Assembly (NCBI GenBank): GCA_963674705.1
Contig: OY771506.1
Location: forward strand, 4,480,001 to 4,544,000
Reading direction: 5' to 3'
Origin: Phycisphaeraceae bacterium
Lineage (GTDB): Bacteria > Planctomycetota > Phycisphaerae > Phycisphaerales > Phycisphaeraceae
DNA: 64,000 nucleotides
Shown here: positions 36,887 to 47,700 of the stretch, in pieces
Position numbering within the stretch: position 1 is the stretch's first letter
How the letters are laid out: each line of letters starts with the position of its first letter
Made by a program: the position numbers and the translations under genes
Notes under the pieces: generated by a model
Seen by the model: only the letters and a program-made list of their open reading frames with translations
Told to the model about the DNA's origin: nothing
Databases searched by the model: none

Positions 36887-39334
36887 TCATTGCGGCTCGC
36901 GCCAACGCGAATACGGCTTGAAGTGGTCGGGAGTTAGCGACGGGTCTGACTGCATGAGGGCCTTGAGCCGGCTCGGGGGCAGGGCGCCGTTTTCGGCCAT
37001 TTCGATGGACAGTTGTTTGGCCAGGCCGGGATTCACTAATTCGGCGGCGTCGATGACGTAAAGCCAGCCGGTTGCAGGGGCTTGGGGTTTTAGGGAATCT
37101 GCGGCTTCGAGGGATGCCACGGCAAGCGAATCAAGCCCCTGTTCGGCTGCGGCGGTGGCGAGAAGGCAGGTTAACGCAAGGCGGTTTGACTCTCCGCCTG
37201 CGACCGGTTGGGCTGTGTCCGTGAGCTTTTCGAGCAGGAGGCGGCCGAGGTGCTCGGCATGGGTCTTGTCCATGTCCTTGATCAAGGGCTCGGCATCGGC
37301 GGCCAGCGAACGGATCATCTGCATGCTGATGAGCGTGCATATCCCGTCACCCGCTTTTTCCCATTTATCCTGGTTTGCCGCGAGGCGGATCTGCAGCCGC
37401 ACCAGGTCGACCGATCGCCTGTCGGGTGGATTCACGTTCTGCCAGTGCTCAAGCTGGGCAAGTAACTGCATCTTTTGATCGTCCGGCCAGGTGAAGGCAT
37501 CGCCATCGAGTACATCCGTCAGGAGTCCGGATGGCGGGGCGAAAGGTGAGGCCTGGAGCAGGCGGGTAAGCGAAGCGGGTTGGTCGATGGCGGGCACGGG
37601 CTCGCGTGAAGAGGTGATGCCGATGGCTCGACGTACGATCAGCCAGCGCTGCAGAGCCGAGCGACAGCCGGGTGTATCCAGCGGGAGGATGTCGATGAGT
37701 TGAGCGACTTCATCGTCGGTCGGGCCGTCGTTGGATTGACCAAGCCAGGTTGTTAACTCGGAAGTGACTGAGTCGTTGGGTTGGTTCAATCGTTTTGCCA
37801 GCGCAAGCAAGAGTCGGAAGTCGATAAGATTCAGATGATCGCTTTGCTGGGCACGCTTAGCCAGATCGAGGCTTCTTGATTCAGCGTGGCCAGAGGCAAG
37901 CAATGCATCAGCCAGTCCGTCGATCAGGCCGGGCACGTCGTTGCGTGTTGGCGAAGCGCTGCGTAAACGGGCTTCGTAGAGTTGTGCGGCAAACGGCAGG
38001 GATGCTAATTCTTCCCACAAGGTACGGCGATCACTGAAGCCTGTATCTGGGGTGATGCGGTAGCCGATGACGCCGCCGGGCGATGGTTTCTGCCAGAGGC
38101 GTGGGGAGTAGTAACGGCGTTCGAGGCGTGTGATATTGAAGAACTGGAGCAGACGCATGCGGACGCCATCGTCCTGCCCGAGGGCTGCACGTAACGGTAA
38201 GGCGGGGATCGCGCCGAGGGATCGTTCGTCGATGGATGCGATCTCCAAGGCTTTGTTAAGCGCGTCGAGTTGACGCAGCGCTTCACTGAGCCGCCAGACG
38301 GTTTGTTCCTGGACGACTGCACGATCGCCGCGACGGGGCCAGAGCAGTTCGGCGAGCGTAACGAAACGTTGGTGATCGAAAAGAAAACCGACGACCCAGT
38401 TACGGACGTCGGGTTCGCCGGGCGCTCGGGTGAAGGCTTCGAGTGCGAGTTGCTCAGCGGGCGTATCCATGCCGACACCGGCCGCGGCCATGCTCGCCAT
38501 CAACAGTTCATTGATGCGTGCCTGCCCCTGACTACGGCGCTGGGTCAGTTCGGTAAGCCATTCGTTAACGTGCACGGGTTCGAGCAAGAAGCGTGCGTCT
38601 TCAGCGATGTAAATCTGATCTGTGGTGAGGTTGTTTTCTTCGGAAAGTAACTGAAGCGCTGAACGTGCTAAAAGGCTTGCGCGTTCGAGTTGCTCTTGGC
38701 CCCCGATGCTGACTAGCGATCTTGCCAGCAGCGTCAGGATAGCCGGGTGATCGGGGTGCTCATCCAGTAACGACTCGAGCATGGCGACAGCCAGCGTCGC
38801 GCCGGCGGGGTTCTCACACCAGGAGCCACGGCGCAACACGGTGTATGGGCGGAACTCATCGAGATGCGGATTGGGCGTCTTGGATGCCAGGTCAAGCAGC
38901 GCTTCATGCAACGATGGCTGCGGCGATCTGGATAAACCAGCAGCGACTTGTTGAAGCAGCAGCACACGTTGCGCTTCATCGAGATCGTTCCAGGCGAGTT
39001 GTATGGCTCTCACCGCGTCGTCAGCACTTAGCAGATTCATCACCGCTACGACGATTTGCGGGTTGCTCCCCTGCTGCTTCACCAATTCGATCGCACGCTG
39101 TGCTTCTGCGCCAGACAGAGCAACCGGTGCATTCAACCATGCCTGGACACGCAGCCGTAGCAATTGCAGTTCAGGATCGTCTTGCATTTCACAGAGACTA
39201 TCCAACTGATCCAGCACCCACTGCTGATCGGTTTCGCTTAGGGCATGCCAGCCGATCGGCAATAGCTGCTGCATGACCGACTGCACCTGTTTGGGCTCAG
39301 CCTGGTTGAAGGCATTTTCGAGCCCGAGCTTCAC
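36887..39334 (-). CDS. Hypothetical alpha-helical (TPR-like) protein, last gene of the MoxR operon
   Basis: 815-aa Ala/Leu-rich ORF; its GTG start overlaps the TGA of the upstream gene. Confidence 0.7.
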   Translation of the reverse strand: MKLGLENAFNQAEPKQVQSVMQQLLPIGWHALSETDQQWVLDQLDSLCEMQDDPELQLLRLRVQAWLNAPVALSGAEAQRAIELVKQQGSNPQIVVAVMNLLSADDAVRAIQLAWNDLDEAQRVLLLQQVAAGLSRSPQPSLHEALLDLASKTPNPHLDEFRPYTVLRRGSWCENPAGATLAVAMLESLLDEHPDHPAILTLLARSLVSIGGQEQLERASLLARSALQLLSEENNLTTDQIYIAEDARFLLEPVHVNEWLTELTQRRSQGQARINELLMASMAAAGVGMDTPAEQLALEAFTRAPGEPDVRNWVVGFLFDHQRFVTLAELLWPRRGDRAVVQEQTVWRLSEALRQLDALNKALEIASIDERSLGAIPALPLRAALGQDDGVRMRLLQFFNITRLERRYYSPRLWQKPSPGGVIGYRITPDTGFSDRRTLWEELASLPFAAQLYEARLRSASPTRNDVPGLIDGLADALLASGHAESRSLDLAKRAQQSDHLNLIDFRLLLALAKRLNQPNDSVTSELTTWLGQSNDGPTDDEVAQLIDILPLDTPGCRSALQRWLIVRRAIGITSSREPVPAIDQPASLTRLLQASPFAPPSGLLTDVLDGDAFTWPDDQKMQLLAQLEHWQNVNPPDRRSVDLVRLQIRLAANQDKWEKAGDGICTLISMQMIRSLAADAEPLIKDMDKTHAEHLGRLLLEKLTDTAQPVAGGESNRLALTCLLATAAAEQGLDSLAVASLEAADSLKPQAPATGWLYVIDAAELVNPGLAKQLSIEMAENGALPPSRLKALMQSDPSLTPDHFKPYSRWREPQ

Positions 39335-42300
39335 CGCTTAGCGACCATGTCCATTCGATCGAGCGCGATAGCGAGTGAGGCCGCACGCGCTGCGGAACGA
39401 GCGGGCCAATTAGAGTCGCCTTCCAATACGCCCGCCAAGCGGGTTGCGGCCTCGTTCAGATTGCCTCGTTTCAGTGCCAGTTCCGCCTGGTCGAGCGAGG
39501 CTTGCCCCCTCTGTTCGTTCGTCATACCAGCAGGCAAGTTTATGGTTGGGTTGTATTCATGAACCATCACCGCGATACGTTGATTCAGCGTTTTATCAGC
39601 CTGGAATGTCGCGGCTAATTGTGCATCAATCGCATTGGATGTGCCGTACTGATTTGTCGCCAAGGATGCGTAACGCAGCGCATCGGCGGTATAGACCCAG
39701 CGTGGGAAGCGCGATGCGTTGTCGCCGGATTCAACGACAGCCTGACTTGCACGCGCGGCTTGTTCGGCCAACTTCGTCAGACCTTCGACCACTTCGGCCT
39801 GGGCCGCGTCATCGAAGGCAGCGAAGAGCAGGCCGTCCACACACGGGCCGAAGTAGGTTTGTGTCTCGCTGATGTCGCTTGCAACACGCCGACGGGAACC
39901 CGCTATCAGGTCGTCGAGCGGTTCGTCTGCGGCGCGCAACGGCATGCGTTTGAGCATCACATCAATCGCACGCAGGTAGCATTCGCGTGCACGGTCCCAC
40001 TGTTCGAGTTGGCCGAAGATCGACGCCTGGCGGTACAGCAGGCCGACATCATCCGGCCTTGAGAGCAACAGTTCATTGAGCAATCGCGAAGCGACTCTTG
40101 GCCGAAGCGCGCGTTCGTAACGTTCAGCTACTTGCGGGACAACCGAACCGCGCTCGCCGAACTGCACGGCACGTTGGAACGCGCGGTCGGCGCCTTCGAC
40201 TTTGTTCTGACTCAGCAGCATATCGCCAAGCCCGATCATGACCTCGGGCGGGACGGCCTGACCGGTAGCGACCAGCATCTGGCCGTAGGTTCCTGCTTCT
40301 TCCTGCAGGCCCAGCGCGGTAGCGCGTTCGATCGATTCGCGCAACAGCGTGATCGCACGGTCGCCGTCGGCTAGAAGGATCGGGTCCATCCAGGACATCG
40401 CCGACTCCCGGTAGCCAAGCGCTTCAGCGAGATCGATCGCGACACGCAAGAGATAACCGCGCTCCGGGTAAGCTGCGGCTCGGATCATCGCGCGGCGCAG
40501 CGCCGCTTCAAGTAGAGCCTTTGACGCATCCAGATTTAGCAAGCCGTCCACGCCAACCAGGAACAGGTCATCATCCTCGGCCCGTTCAACAATGCGCAAC
40601 AGCAAGGTGGTCGCCTCATCGGTGTGCCTTGCCTCTTGCATCGACTGCGCCCAGAGCAGCCAAAGCTCAACGTGTTCGGGATTATTCAACAATGTCAGGC
40701 GGTACTGATCGGCGGCGGTTTTGTTATCGCCGAGCATCGCGTGGACGCCTGCCGACAACTCGTTGAAGTAAGCCTGGGGCATGTCCTCAGACTGTCGCAT
40801 CGCAGCGATGGCGACCTTGGCCGCGGAAAGATCGCCTCGCTCGGCCGCGAGCACGGCACGCTGCTGCCAGTAGTCGACCGCGCCTTCGGGATCGATCGTG
40901 ATTAACTCGGCCAGTACCGAATCCGCGAGGCCCAGGCGGCCGGTGCGCAAGTAAAGTTGCGCCAGGCGCTGCTTGGCTACGAGTTGATCGCCGGCGGTGT
41001 CGTTCGTCGCAAGGAGCAACTCGGCGGCGGAGATGGGATCGTCGATACGCAGGTACAGGTCGATGAGCATGCCAAGCGCGGCTTCATCCGTGATGTCGTC
41101 GCTGATGCGCTGCTCCATTTCGATGGCAAGCGTTCCGAGATTACCGAGGCGTGCGGAGAGTTCCAGCATCTGTTGCTGGGCGCGTTGCCGCATCGCGGCG
41201 GTGCCGCCGTCCTCCCAGAGTTGACGCCAGAGCGTAAGCGCTTCGGCGTTACGGCCCTGCTGCGTCAGCAACCAGGAAAGGTATGCGGTAAGTGATTCGT
41301 GCTCGAGCGGTCCGCCGTTCTGATCAATCCATTCTTGCAGGTACTCGATCGCCACATCGATGCGGCCGATCTCGGCGTAGGCTTCAGACAAACGGCGTAC
41401 ATCCGCGGCGTCCTCCGCGAACTTGGACGTATGGATCAGTATCTCAATCGCATCATCAACCTGGCCTTGCTGAGCCAGGTGAGAGGCTTGCCACAATCGG
41501 GCATCGAACGCACCTTTTCCGCCCTGCTTCTCGGCTTGCTCAGCGAGGCGCAAGGCAAGGTCATATGCACCGACTTCATCGGCAGCATCAGCGCACCAGA
41601 GCATCTCCGTCGCATTCTTCGAAAGGTCTACGGCCTGCTTGAAGGCCACTGCGGCGCCCTGCTTATCGCCACGCAGCATCAGCACCTGACCGAGGCAAGC
41701 GCCCCACACGCTGTGCCCATCCTGTTCAACCAGGCTGCGCAGCGCCGCCACGGCGGCGTCGCCCGCGCTGGTGTCCATCGCGACAGAAAGTAGTTCACGA
41801 CGCAGCATCGCCGCATCAAACTCGGGCGCCGCCTGCTTGTCGGGTGCTGCGGCCTCGGCTGCCAGTCGCACGGCCTCTTGCGTCTGATCCGTGCGACGCA
41901 GCAACGTCATCAACGGCCAGAACCGAGGCGCGGGGATCGGTTTTTCGTTTAACCAGCGCTCCGCCAATGCCAGTTCATCATCAGATTCGATCGCGAGCCT
42001 GAACTGCACCAACGCGATCGAGCTGCGCTCGGATGGACGTGTTGCGATCTGTTCCGCCTTTTCGAGTACGGCCCGTGCTTCATCTGTCCGGCCCAACTGG
42101 CGGTACTGCTCGGAAAGGCTCAATAGATCGAGAACGTTCGGCGATTCGATAGCGGATAACCGCTGCGCCGCCTGCTCGGGTTGACCAAGTAATGCGGTGT
42201 AGTGTCCGAGCCAGCGTTTGATGACATCGTCGGGGGGCTCAGCCGGTAAGCCGTCGGCTTCAGTTGCCTGGCCCTTCGGCAGGATGGATAAGGCGTTAAG

Positions 42301-45105
42301 CCGAAGCCGCAGGCCGGTTTGTTGTGATTCGGGTGCGAGCGTGATCGCCTGCTGCAAAGCCTGTTTGGCTTCATCCAGTCGGCCTTGCGCTTCGAGGTGG
42401 CGGGAGAGCGTGACCAGTTCGACCGCGCCAACTTTGCCGGCTTCGCGTGCCGCCTGCCCTACTTCGATGCAGCGCTGCGACAGGCCCGCTTCATCGGCCA
42501 GCGCGAGCGCCAGTTGGTATTGACCTTGATCGGCCAGGGCTTTTACCTGCACATCAACATCCACACCGTTTCGGATGGCATCGGCAAGCAGTTCTTGTGC
42601 ATCCTGCACAGCCTGCTGAGAAACTTGCAGACCGGCTTGATCGTTCGGCGTTGCGGCGTTTACGTTTGTTGCGCCCACAAGCAGAAGCAGAAGCAACATC
42701 GCAGCGGCTTTGCTGGTTTGTGATGTATTGCGCGAAACCATATCACGCAGGTTCCTGCCAAAGCGGCGGAACGTCAGCTCACCGAGCACGCCGATCCAGG
42801 CCAGGATCATCAGCCATAGGCTTGGGTCAACGACGTGCCAGGCGACCGAAGCTTGTGCGGTAGACGATGCGGTTTCGACCGCTTCTTGCGGTGCTGCATC
42901 ATCAATAAGATTCGTCGTATTGCCCCCCGCCCATGCGGCGGACTGGCCAAGGATTGCGCCGTTCTGTGCGACAGCGCGGAGCGTGACTGCGCCCTGATCT
43001 GCTGTAAGCAGTCGAGCGTTCCATCGTCCGAAACCGATCGGGTCTGTTATAGTTTCGCTGATTACTTCACTTGCCGCATCAAGGCATTGCAAGGTGATCG
43101 CGCTATCTGCGGGGGCCTCGCCCGTACCGACCCATTGCAGGTTGCATGCAAGGCCCTGCTCGATCGGTTGAGCGTTGATGGCGATGCGTTGATCGTTGCC
43201 CGCCGCTGCTAACGAAAGCATCCATTGCCGCATCCATCGCGCAGCATCGGCGTTTTCAAGGACGGATGCGGATGCGGAGCCTGTCAACGAGGCGGCCCAG
43301 ACAGCGCTGCGGCCTTTACCGAACTGCCACCAGACGGCGAGCGGTTCGCCGCTGTCGGCGGTGGCGAGTTGATGGCTGGTGGGTTTGGCGTCGATGCGCT
43401 GGTAGCCGGTCAATTCGAGTTCGGTCATGTTGTCGTCGGCGGAGGCGCTTGCGCTGAATAGCTGCACGCGTGTGGGCGTTTGAGCGAAGGGGCTGTGTCG
43501 CTGTTCATCAACTTGCTTGAAGACGATTTCAGGAAGCTGGAAGCGATCGGGCGCCTGGTAGTAATGCCCGCCGCCCCACTGCGCGAGGGAAGTAAGGAAC
43601 TGAGAGTGCTGTGCGGGGCCGACGAGTACGGTGGAGGTGGTGACGCCTGACTTACGCATGCGTTCGATCTTTTCGCGGAACGGGCCGGTCTCGACGCCGC
43701 CGTCGGTGAGGATCAGGACGTGCTTGAAACGTGCGCGGATGTTCAACAGCGCGTAGTGTGCTTCGTCGACTGCGGGGAGGATGATGGTGCCGCCGCCGGC
43801 GGTAAGTCTGTGCAGGCCGCGACGGATTTCGATCTGGTTGGAAGCGGGTTGCAGAGGCGCAGCCCATCGGCGCGAACCGTAGAACTCGACGATGCCGACG
43901 CGGTCGTGCGGCATGAGCCTGCGGATCGCGAACTCAGCGACCTGCTTGGCGATGGGCATGCGAGCGCCGCCCATGCTGCCACTGGTATCGATGATGATGA
44001 CAAGTGCAACGCTGGGATCTCGCTGCTCCATGGTTTGCCTGCCGCGCGCGGGTAATGCTTCGGCGAGCGGATCGGTCGCGGGCGGGAGTCCTGTCGGCGC
44101 GGCTAACATCAGTAGACCTGTGCCACGGCTGACCGCATCCTTTAACGTTTCGGAAGTTTGCGGATTGCTGCCGCTTAGTGCGACTAACAGTTGATAGTTA
44201 TTCAACGCGACAGCATCGACTTCGTTTGATGACAGGGATGAAACCTCAGCACTTTTGCCCCAGAGGGTGCGGAGGCGGTCAGTTGTCGCCACAGCTTCTT
44301 CGGGGCGATCCAACGTGTCAACGACAGCGATCTTGAGCGGCTGGTCGATCCAGATGGCTGTGTGGGTTGTGCTTTGCGTTTGGCCGTCGGCATTAAGTAA
44401 GGCTGCGGTCAGTTGGTGCAGGCCGTGCTGATCGGGGGCGAATAGCTGGATGCGGGCGTCGCGTTGATCCTTGTTAAGGTCGACGGTTTGCGCGGTCGTG
44501 GCCTGATCGAAGGAAAGGTTCAGTTGATCTGATTCATTGGCGGGATTGAAGCGGACGGTGGCGGTGAATTCCGAGCCGGGCAGAGCGTTAGCCGGTGTTT
44601 CTATGGTTAGTTGCGGCGAAGGTTCGGGCGCTGGGCCGAAAGTGTTGAGTAAAACGCCTGCGGCGGCAAGGCGGCTTTTTGATATGTTCATCTCTTGCGC
44701 ATCTTGTTGCGGCAGCCACAACTCGGCTGTACCGGGTGGGAGCATGGCTGAGGCGATGGACACGGCCTGAGCGGTGTCGCTGTCGCTTGGCGATGCCGGC
44801 CAGCGCCATTGCGATGAGTTGATCCGCAAGCCATCGGGCGATTGATTGATCGAAGCGATCACGTGCTTGACCGGTTCAGGTTGATCGTCTGTGAGGATGA
44901 TTACGCGCTGCGGCGTTGTGTCTGTGTAGGTCCAGCGCAGGCCCGAGGCGAACAGCGATAACGTGATGACAACTAGCAAGCGAAGTAAAAGTGAAGCGAC
45001 CGCGGGCACGGTGCTTCGCCGGGGCGAACCGGTGCGCCACCACCACACGACGACGGGCACGCTTAGCAAGAGCAACAGCAACCAGGCGGGGTTCGCAAAC
45101 CACAT
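39331..45105 (-). CDS. Giant BatA-N/VWA/TPR membrane protein
   Basis: MWFANPAWLLLLLL (BatA-type N-terminus), MIDAS IIDTSGSM...GGGT...ILTDG, an internal TM segment and about 1000 aa of TPR-like repeats. Confidence 0.88.
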   Translation of the reverse strand: MWFANPAWLLLLLLSVPVVVWWWRTGSPRRSTVPAVASLLLRLLVVITLSLFASGLRWTYTDTTPQRVIILTDDQPEPVKHVIASINQSPDGLRINSSQWRWPASPSDSDTAQAVSIASAMLPPGTAELWLPQQDAQEMNISKSRLAAAGVLLNTFGPAPEPSPQLTIETPANALPGSEFTATVRFNPANESDQLNLSFDQATTAQTVDLNKDQRDARIQLFAPDQHGLHQLTAALLNADGQTQSTTHTAIWIDQPLKIAVVDTLDRPEEAVATTDRLRTLWGKSAEVSSLSSNEVDAVALNNYQLLVALSGSNPQTSETLKDAVSRGTGLLMLAAPTGLPPATDPLAEALPARGRQTMEQRDPSVALVIIIDTSGSMGGARMPIAKQVAEFAIRRLMPHDRVGIVEFYGSRRWAAPLQPASNQIEIRRGLHRLTAGGGTIILPAVDEAHYALLNIRARFKHVLILTDGGVETGPFREKIERMRKSGVTTSTVLVGPAQHSQFLTSLAQWGGGHYYQAPDRFQLPEIVFKQVDEQRHSPFAQTPTRVQLFSASASADDNMTELELTGYQRIDAKPTSHQLATADSGEPLAVWWQFGKGRSAVWAASLTGSASASVLENADAARWMRQWMLSLAAAGNDQRIAINAQPIEQGLACNLQWVGTGEAPADSAITLQCLDAASEVISETITDPIGFGRWNARLLTADQGAVTLRAVAQNGAILGQSAAWAGGNTTNLIDDAAPQEAVETASSTAQASVAWHVVDPSLWLMILAWIGVLGELTFRRFGRNLRDMVSRNTSQTSKAAAMLLLLLLVGATNVNAATPNDQAGLQVSQQAVQDAQELLADAIRNGVDVDVQVKALADQGQYQLALALADEAGLSQRCIEVGQAAREAGKVGAVELVTLSRHLEAQGRLDEAKQALQQAITLAPESQQTGLRLRLNALSILPKGQATEADGLPAEPPDDVIKRWLGHYTALLGQPEQAAQRLSAIESPNVLDLLSLSEQYRQLGRTDEARAVLEKAEQIATRPSERSSIALVQFRLAIESDDELALAERWLNEKPIPAPRFWPLMTLLRRTDQTQEAVRLAAEAAAPDKQAAPEFDAAMLRRELLSVAMDTSAGDAAVAALRSLVEQDGHSVWGACLGQVLMLRGDKQGAAVAFKQAVDLSKNATEMLWCADAADEVGAYDLALRLAEQAEKQGGKGAFDARLWQASHLAQQGQVDDAIEILIHTSKFAEDAADVRRLSEAYAEIGRIDVAIEYLQEWIDQNGGPLEHESLTAYLSWLLTQQGRNAEALTLWRQLWEDGGTAAMRQRAQQQMLELSARLGNLGTLAIEMEQRISDDITDEAALGMLIDLYLRIDDPISAAELLLATNDTAGDQLVAKQRLAQLYLRTGRLGLADSVLAELITIDPEGAVDYWQQRAVLAAERGDLSAAKVAIAAMRQSEDMPQAYFNELSAGVHAMLGDNKTAADQYRLTLLNNPEHVELWLLWAQSMQEARHTDEATTLLLRIVERAEDDDLFLVGVDGLLNLDASKALLEAALRRAMIRAAAYPERGYLLRVAIDLAEALGYRESAMSWMDPILLADGDRAITLLRESIERATALGLQEEAGTYGQMLVATGQAVPPEVMIGLGDMLLSQNKVEGADRAFQRAVQFGERGSVVPQVAERYERALRPRVASRLLNELLLSRPDDVGLLYRQASIFGQLEQWDRARECYLRAIDVMLKRMPLRAADEPLDDLIAGSRRRVASDISETQTYFGPCVDGLLFAAFDDAAQAEVVEGLTKLAEQAARASQAVVESGDNASRFPRWVYTADALRYASLATNQYGTSNAIDAQLAATFQADKTLNQRIAVMVHEYNPTINLPAGMTNEQRGQASLDQAELALKRGNLNEAATRLAGVLEGDSNWPARSAARAASLAIALDRMDMVAKR

Positions 45106-45106
45106 A

Positions 45107-46783
45107 TCAGGCGATCCTCCCGCGTTCGTAGAGCCACCAGCTTAACACAAGCAGGCCAACGGCTAACGCTGTCAATAGTGCGCGGCTATGCAACTGCAGG
45201 CCTGTCGTGGTGGGTGTGGATGTTTCTGCTGCGTTACCTGTAGCGAGTAGGTTCGAGACGGAAGGCGAACCGGGCGCGGCGAGCCAGATGGTTTCGCTTT
45301 TTGATGTTTGATCGTAAAGCCACGGCAGATCATCCAGACTGCGCTCGGCGGATGTCGTGGTCAGCTCGGGGGCGATATCCAGCGAGTGTGCAACCGCACG
45401 AGAGAGCATGACCGCGAAACCGCCTGCTGCGGCTGCGGGCGACTGTGAGATAAACCAATTGCCATTGAACACAATGACTGGTACATCGTCAGCGTTTTTC
45501 GTTAACCATGCAACAGGTTGATCCCCCGCCAGTGCCATAGCCTCGATGTTTGCATCAGAAGACGCGATGTCGTTATCGAGGCGAGGCAGGCGGACGCCGT
45601 CGAATTGAATGTCTTCGGCAATACCTGTTCCACGAACCGCAACCCGGCCTAGATCCAATGTGGTCTGGGATACGCCTGTATCGATCTGAATCACAGCAGC
45701 GGGTTTTGCGTTGACGTCATCGCCAAGCAAGAGTTCGATTTGGTCATCTTTTGTTGGAGATTGGCCATCAATAACACAACCTGCAGACTCAAGCGCAGCC
45801 TGTAACTCGATGGGCGTCAACACACCGATTCGAGCGGACACGCGCTGCCGGGCGGGCATGGTGAGATTCAATGTGTTGTCAGCAGCGAGGGCGTCGTTTT
45901 GTGATTCGATCGTGATGCGCAGTTGCTGGCCCTGCGCGGGGAGGTCGAATGATTCGGTGGATTGTGATGCGCCGGCTGGTTTTGTGATGGTTCGCTGCGT
46001 AAGTTCGTTATCGTCTCGGGTATCGACAAGACGCAACTGGATGTTACTCTCTGATTGCAGCCATGCACCGATGCGGACGGTTAACGTGCCTTGGGCGCTT
46101 AGTGGACGATCACTGCGCCAGGTCGCGCCGATGATGGCGGTGTTGTTTTGCGGCTGCCCTACCTCAATGATTAGCACTTTGTCCGACATGGCCAATGCAT
46201 CGACGGCATCGCGCCAGCGCTGGGCAGTGGCGGTGACGATGGTGATTTTGGCGCTACCCATAGTTCTGGATAACGCATCTGCCAGTTGCAGTGACGGGCC
46301 TGTCGCGGCGGCAGAGGTGGAAGGCAATTCGGCAAGCCGGTGACGCCAGCGGCCGTCCGCCTGGCCCGGCGCTTGCAACACGCGAGGCAGTGGTGCAGCG
46401 GCGATGATCGCGGCTGAGGTTTGATTGGTAGAGACAAGTTGATCGACAGCAGCATCGAAGGATTCGACCGCGTCGGACGGCAGGCCGTTATCTATTAACA
46501 GGATGGCGGGCTGCGTGTCGGTGCTTATCCATAAGGGCGCGAGCAATGCGAGTGCGCCGAGTAATAAGGCGAGCAGTAACAAAAGCAGGCTGAGCCACTG
46601 CGAGGGTCTTCCGCCGAGTCTCCCGCCATGTACGACAGCGCCGGCTTCCTGCCAGAACATCGTGGTGATGACCTTGATGCGCCGTGGCTGCGGGCGGAGC
46701 AGGTGCAGCAGTATCACCACGTTGGCGACGATGACCGCCAAAGCAATCACCCAGGACCAAGGCAATCCCGTCCAGATCCACAT
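45107..46783 (-). CDS. BatA-domain membrane protein (degenerate VWA)
   Basis: ILLHLLRPQPRRIKVITTMFW...WLSLLLLLLALLL...ALLAP BatA double-TM pattern, plus a C-terminal TM helix. Confidence 0.82.
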   Translation of the reverse strand: MWIWTGLPWSWVIALAVIVANVVILLHLLRPQPRRIKVITTMFWQEAGAVVHGGRLGGRPSQWLSLLLLLLALLLGALALLAPLWISTDTQPAILLIDNGLPSDAVESFDAAVDQLVSTNQTSAAIIAAAPLPRVLQAPGQADGRWRHRLAELPSTSAAATGPSLQLADALSRTMGSAKITIVTATAQRWRDAVDALAMSDKVLIIEVGQPQNNTAIIGATWRSDRPLSAQGTLTVRIGAWLQSESNIQLRLVDTRDDNELTQRTITKPAGASQSTESFDLPAQGQQLRITIESQNDALAADNTLNLTMPARQRVSARIGVLTPIELQAALESAGCVIDGQSPTKDDQIELLLGDDVNAKPAAVIQIDTGVSQTTLDLGRVAVRGTGIAEDIQFDGVRLPRLDNDIASSDANIEAMALAGDQPVAWLTKNADDVPVIVFNGNWFISQSPAAAAGGFAVMLSRAVAHSLDIAPELTTTSAERSLDDLPWLYDQTSKSETIWLAAPGSPSVSNLLATGNAAETSTPTTTGLQLHSRALLTALAVGLLVLSWWLYERGRIA

Positions 46784-47700
46784 CAGCGCACCCCCGGTCT
46801 TGATGGGCCAAGCAACAGTGCGCCGGCCTGGCTCAGCGCGCCGAGTTGAGCGAGCACGGGTTGATCGGCATCGATGGGCATGCGTCGGCCGCCGGCGGAG
46901 GTTGCGGCCTGGTTGAGCGCGTGGTCGTAGCGGTCGTAGGCATCACGATACGCGATCTCGGTCCGGCTTGTTATCACGATGCGCTGAAGCTGCTGCGTTT
47001 CGCAGTCTTCGACTTCCATCGCGCCGGTGAGCGCGGGCTCACGATCAGCGTTGCGCGTGAGTTGAACGAGTACGGGCAGGTGGCCGGTGCGTTTGAGGAT
47101 GGATGCCCATGAGCCGACGCCCGCGGGGTCGAAGAAGTCGGAGATCACGACCAGTGGCAATCTTGGCTGATGCGCACGGCGTACGGTATCGAACACCTCG
47201 GCGAGCCGGCTGTCGGCGGATTCTTCGGCTTCCCATTTAACGATTTTGTGTGCAAGGTCGGTCAGACGCGTACGCGAGTCGGCGATGATCGGTGAACCAA
47301 GCAAGCGCCCGCCTGCGAAGCGTTGAACGCTGACGCGGTTCAATTCTTCCACGCCGGCGGCGGCCATGGCTACGGCGAGCTGCTTGGCGGCGTTTAAGCG
47401 CGGTGGGGATTCAAAACCCATCGAGCCGCTGCAATCAACGAGTATCTGCACGCCAAGTTGGCGGTGCTCATCGTAGAGGCGGATAAACAGCTTGCCGCTT
47501 CGGCGGTAGAGCGGCCAATCGATACGGCGGGGGTCGTCGCCGCAGACGTACGGCCGACGGTCGCGATAGTCGAGGCCGGGGCCCGGTCGGGGCGTGGGCG
47601 TCTCGGCGCGCTTTAACAGCGGCGCAACGTTCGGCGCACGCAGGCGCAGCTTACTCGCTACGACCAGAAAGCTCTCGTCGATCAACGGATCGCTAGTCAT
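46783..47700 (-). CDS. DUF58 family protein (MoxR-associated, VWA-like)
   Basis: G.DY.D.RPY..GDD.RRIDW..Y.RSGKLFIR.Y.E, LVDCSGSM and VISDFFD motifs. Confidence 0.93.
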   Translation of the reverse strand: MTSDPLIDESFLVVASKLRLRAPNVAPLLKRAETPTPRPGPGLDYRDRRPYVCGDDPRRIDWPLYRRSGKLFIRLYDEHRQLGVQILVDCSGSMGFESPPRLNAAKQLAVAMAAAGVEELNRVSVQRFAGGRLLGSPIIADSRTRLTDLAHKIVKWEAEESADSRLAEVFDTVRRAHQPRLPLVVISDFFDPAGVGSWASILKRTGHLPVLVQLTRNADREPALTGAMEVEDCETQQLQRIVITSRTEIAYRDAYDRYDHALNQAATSAGGRRMPIDADQPVLAQLGALSQAGALLLGPSRPGVR

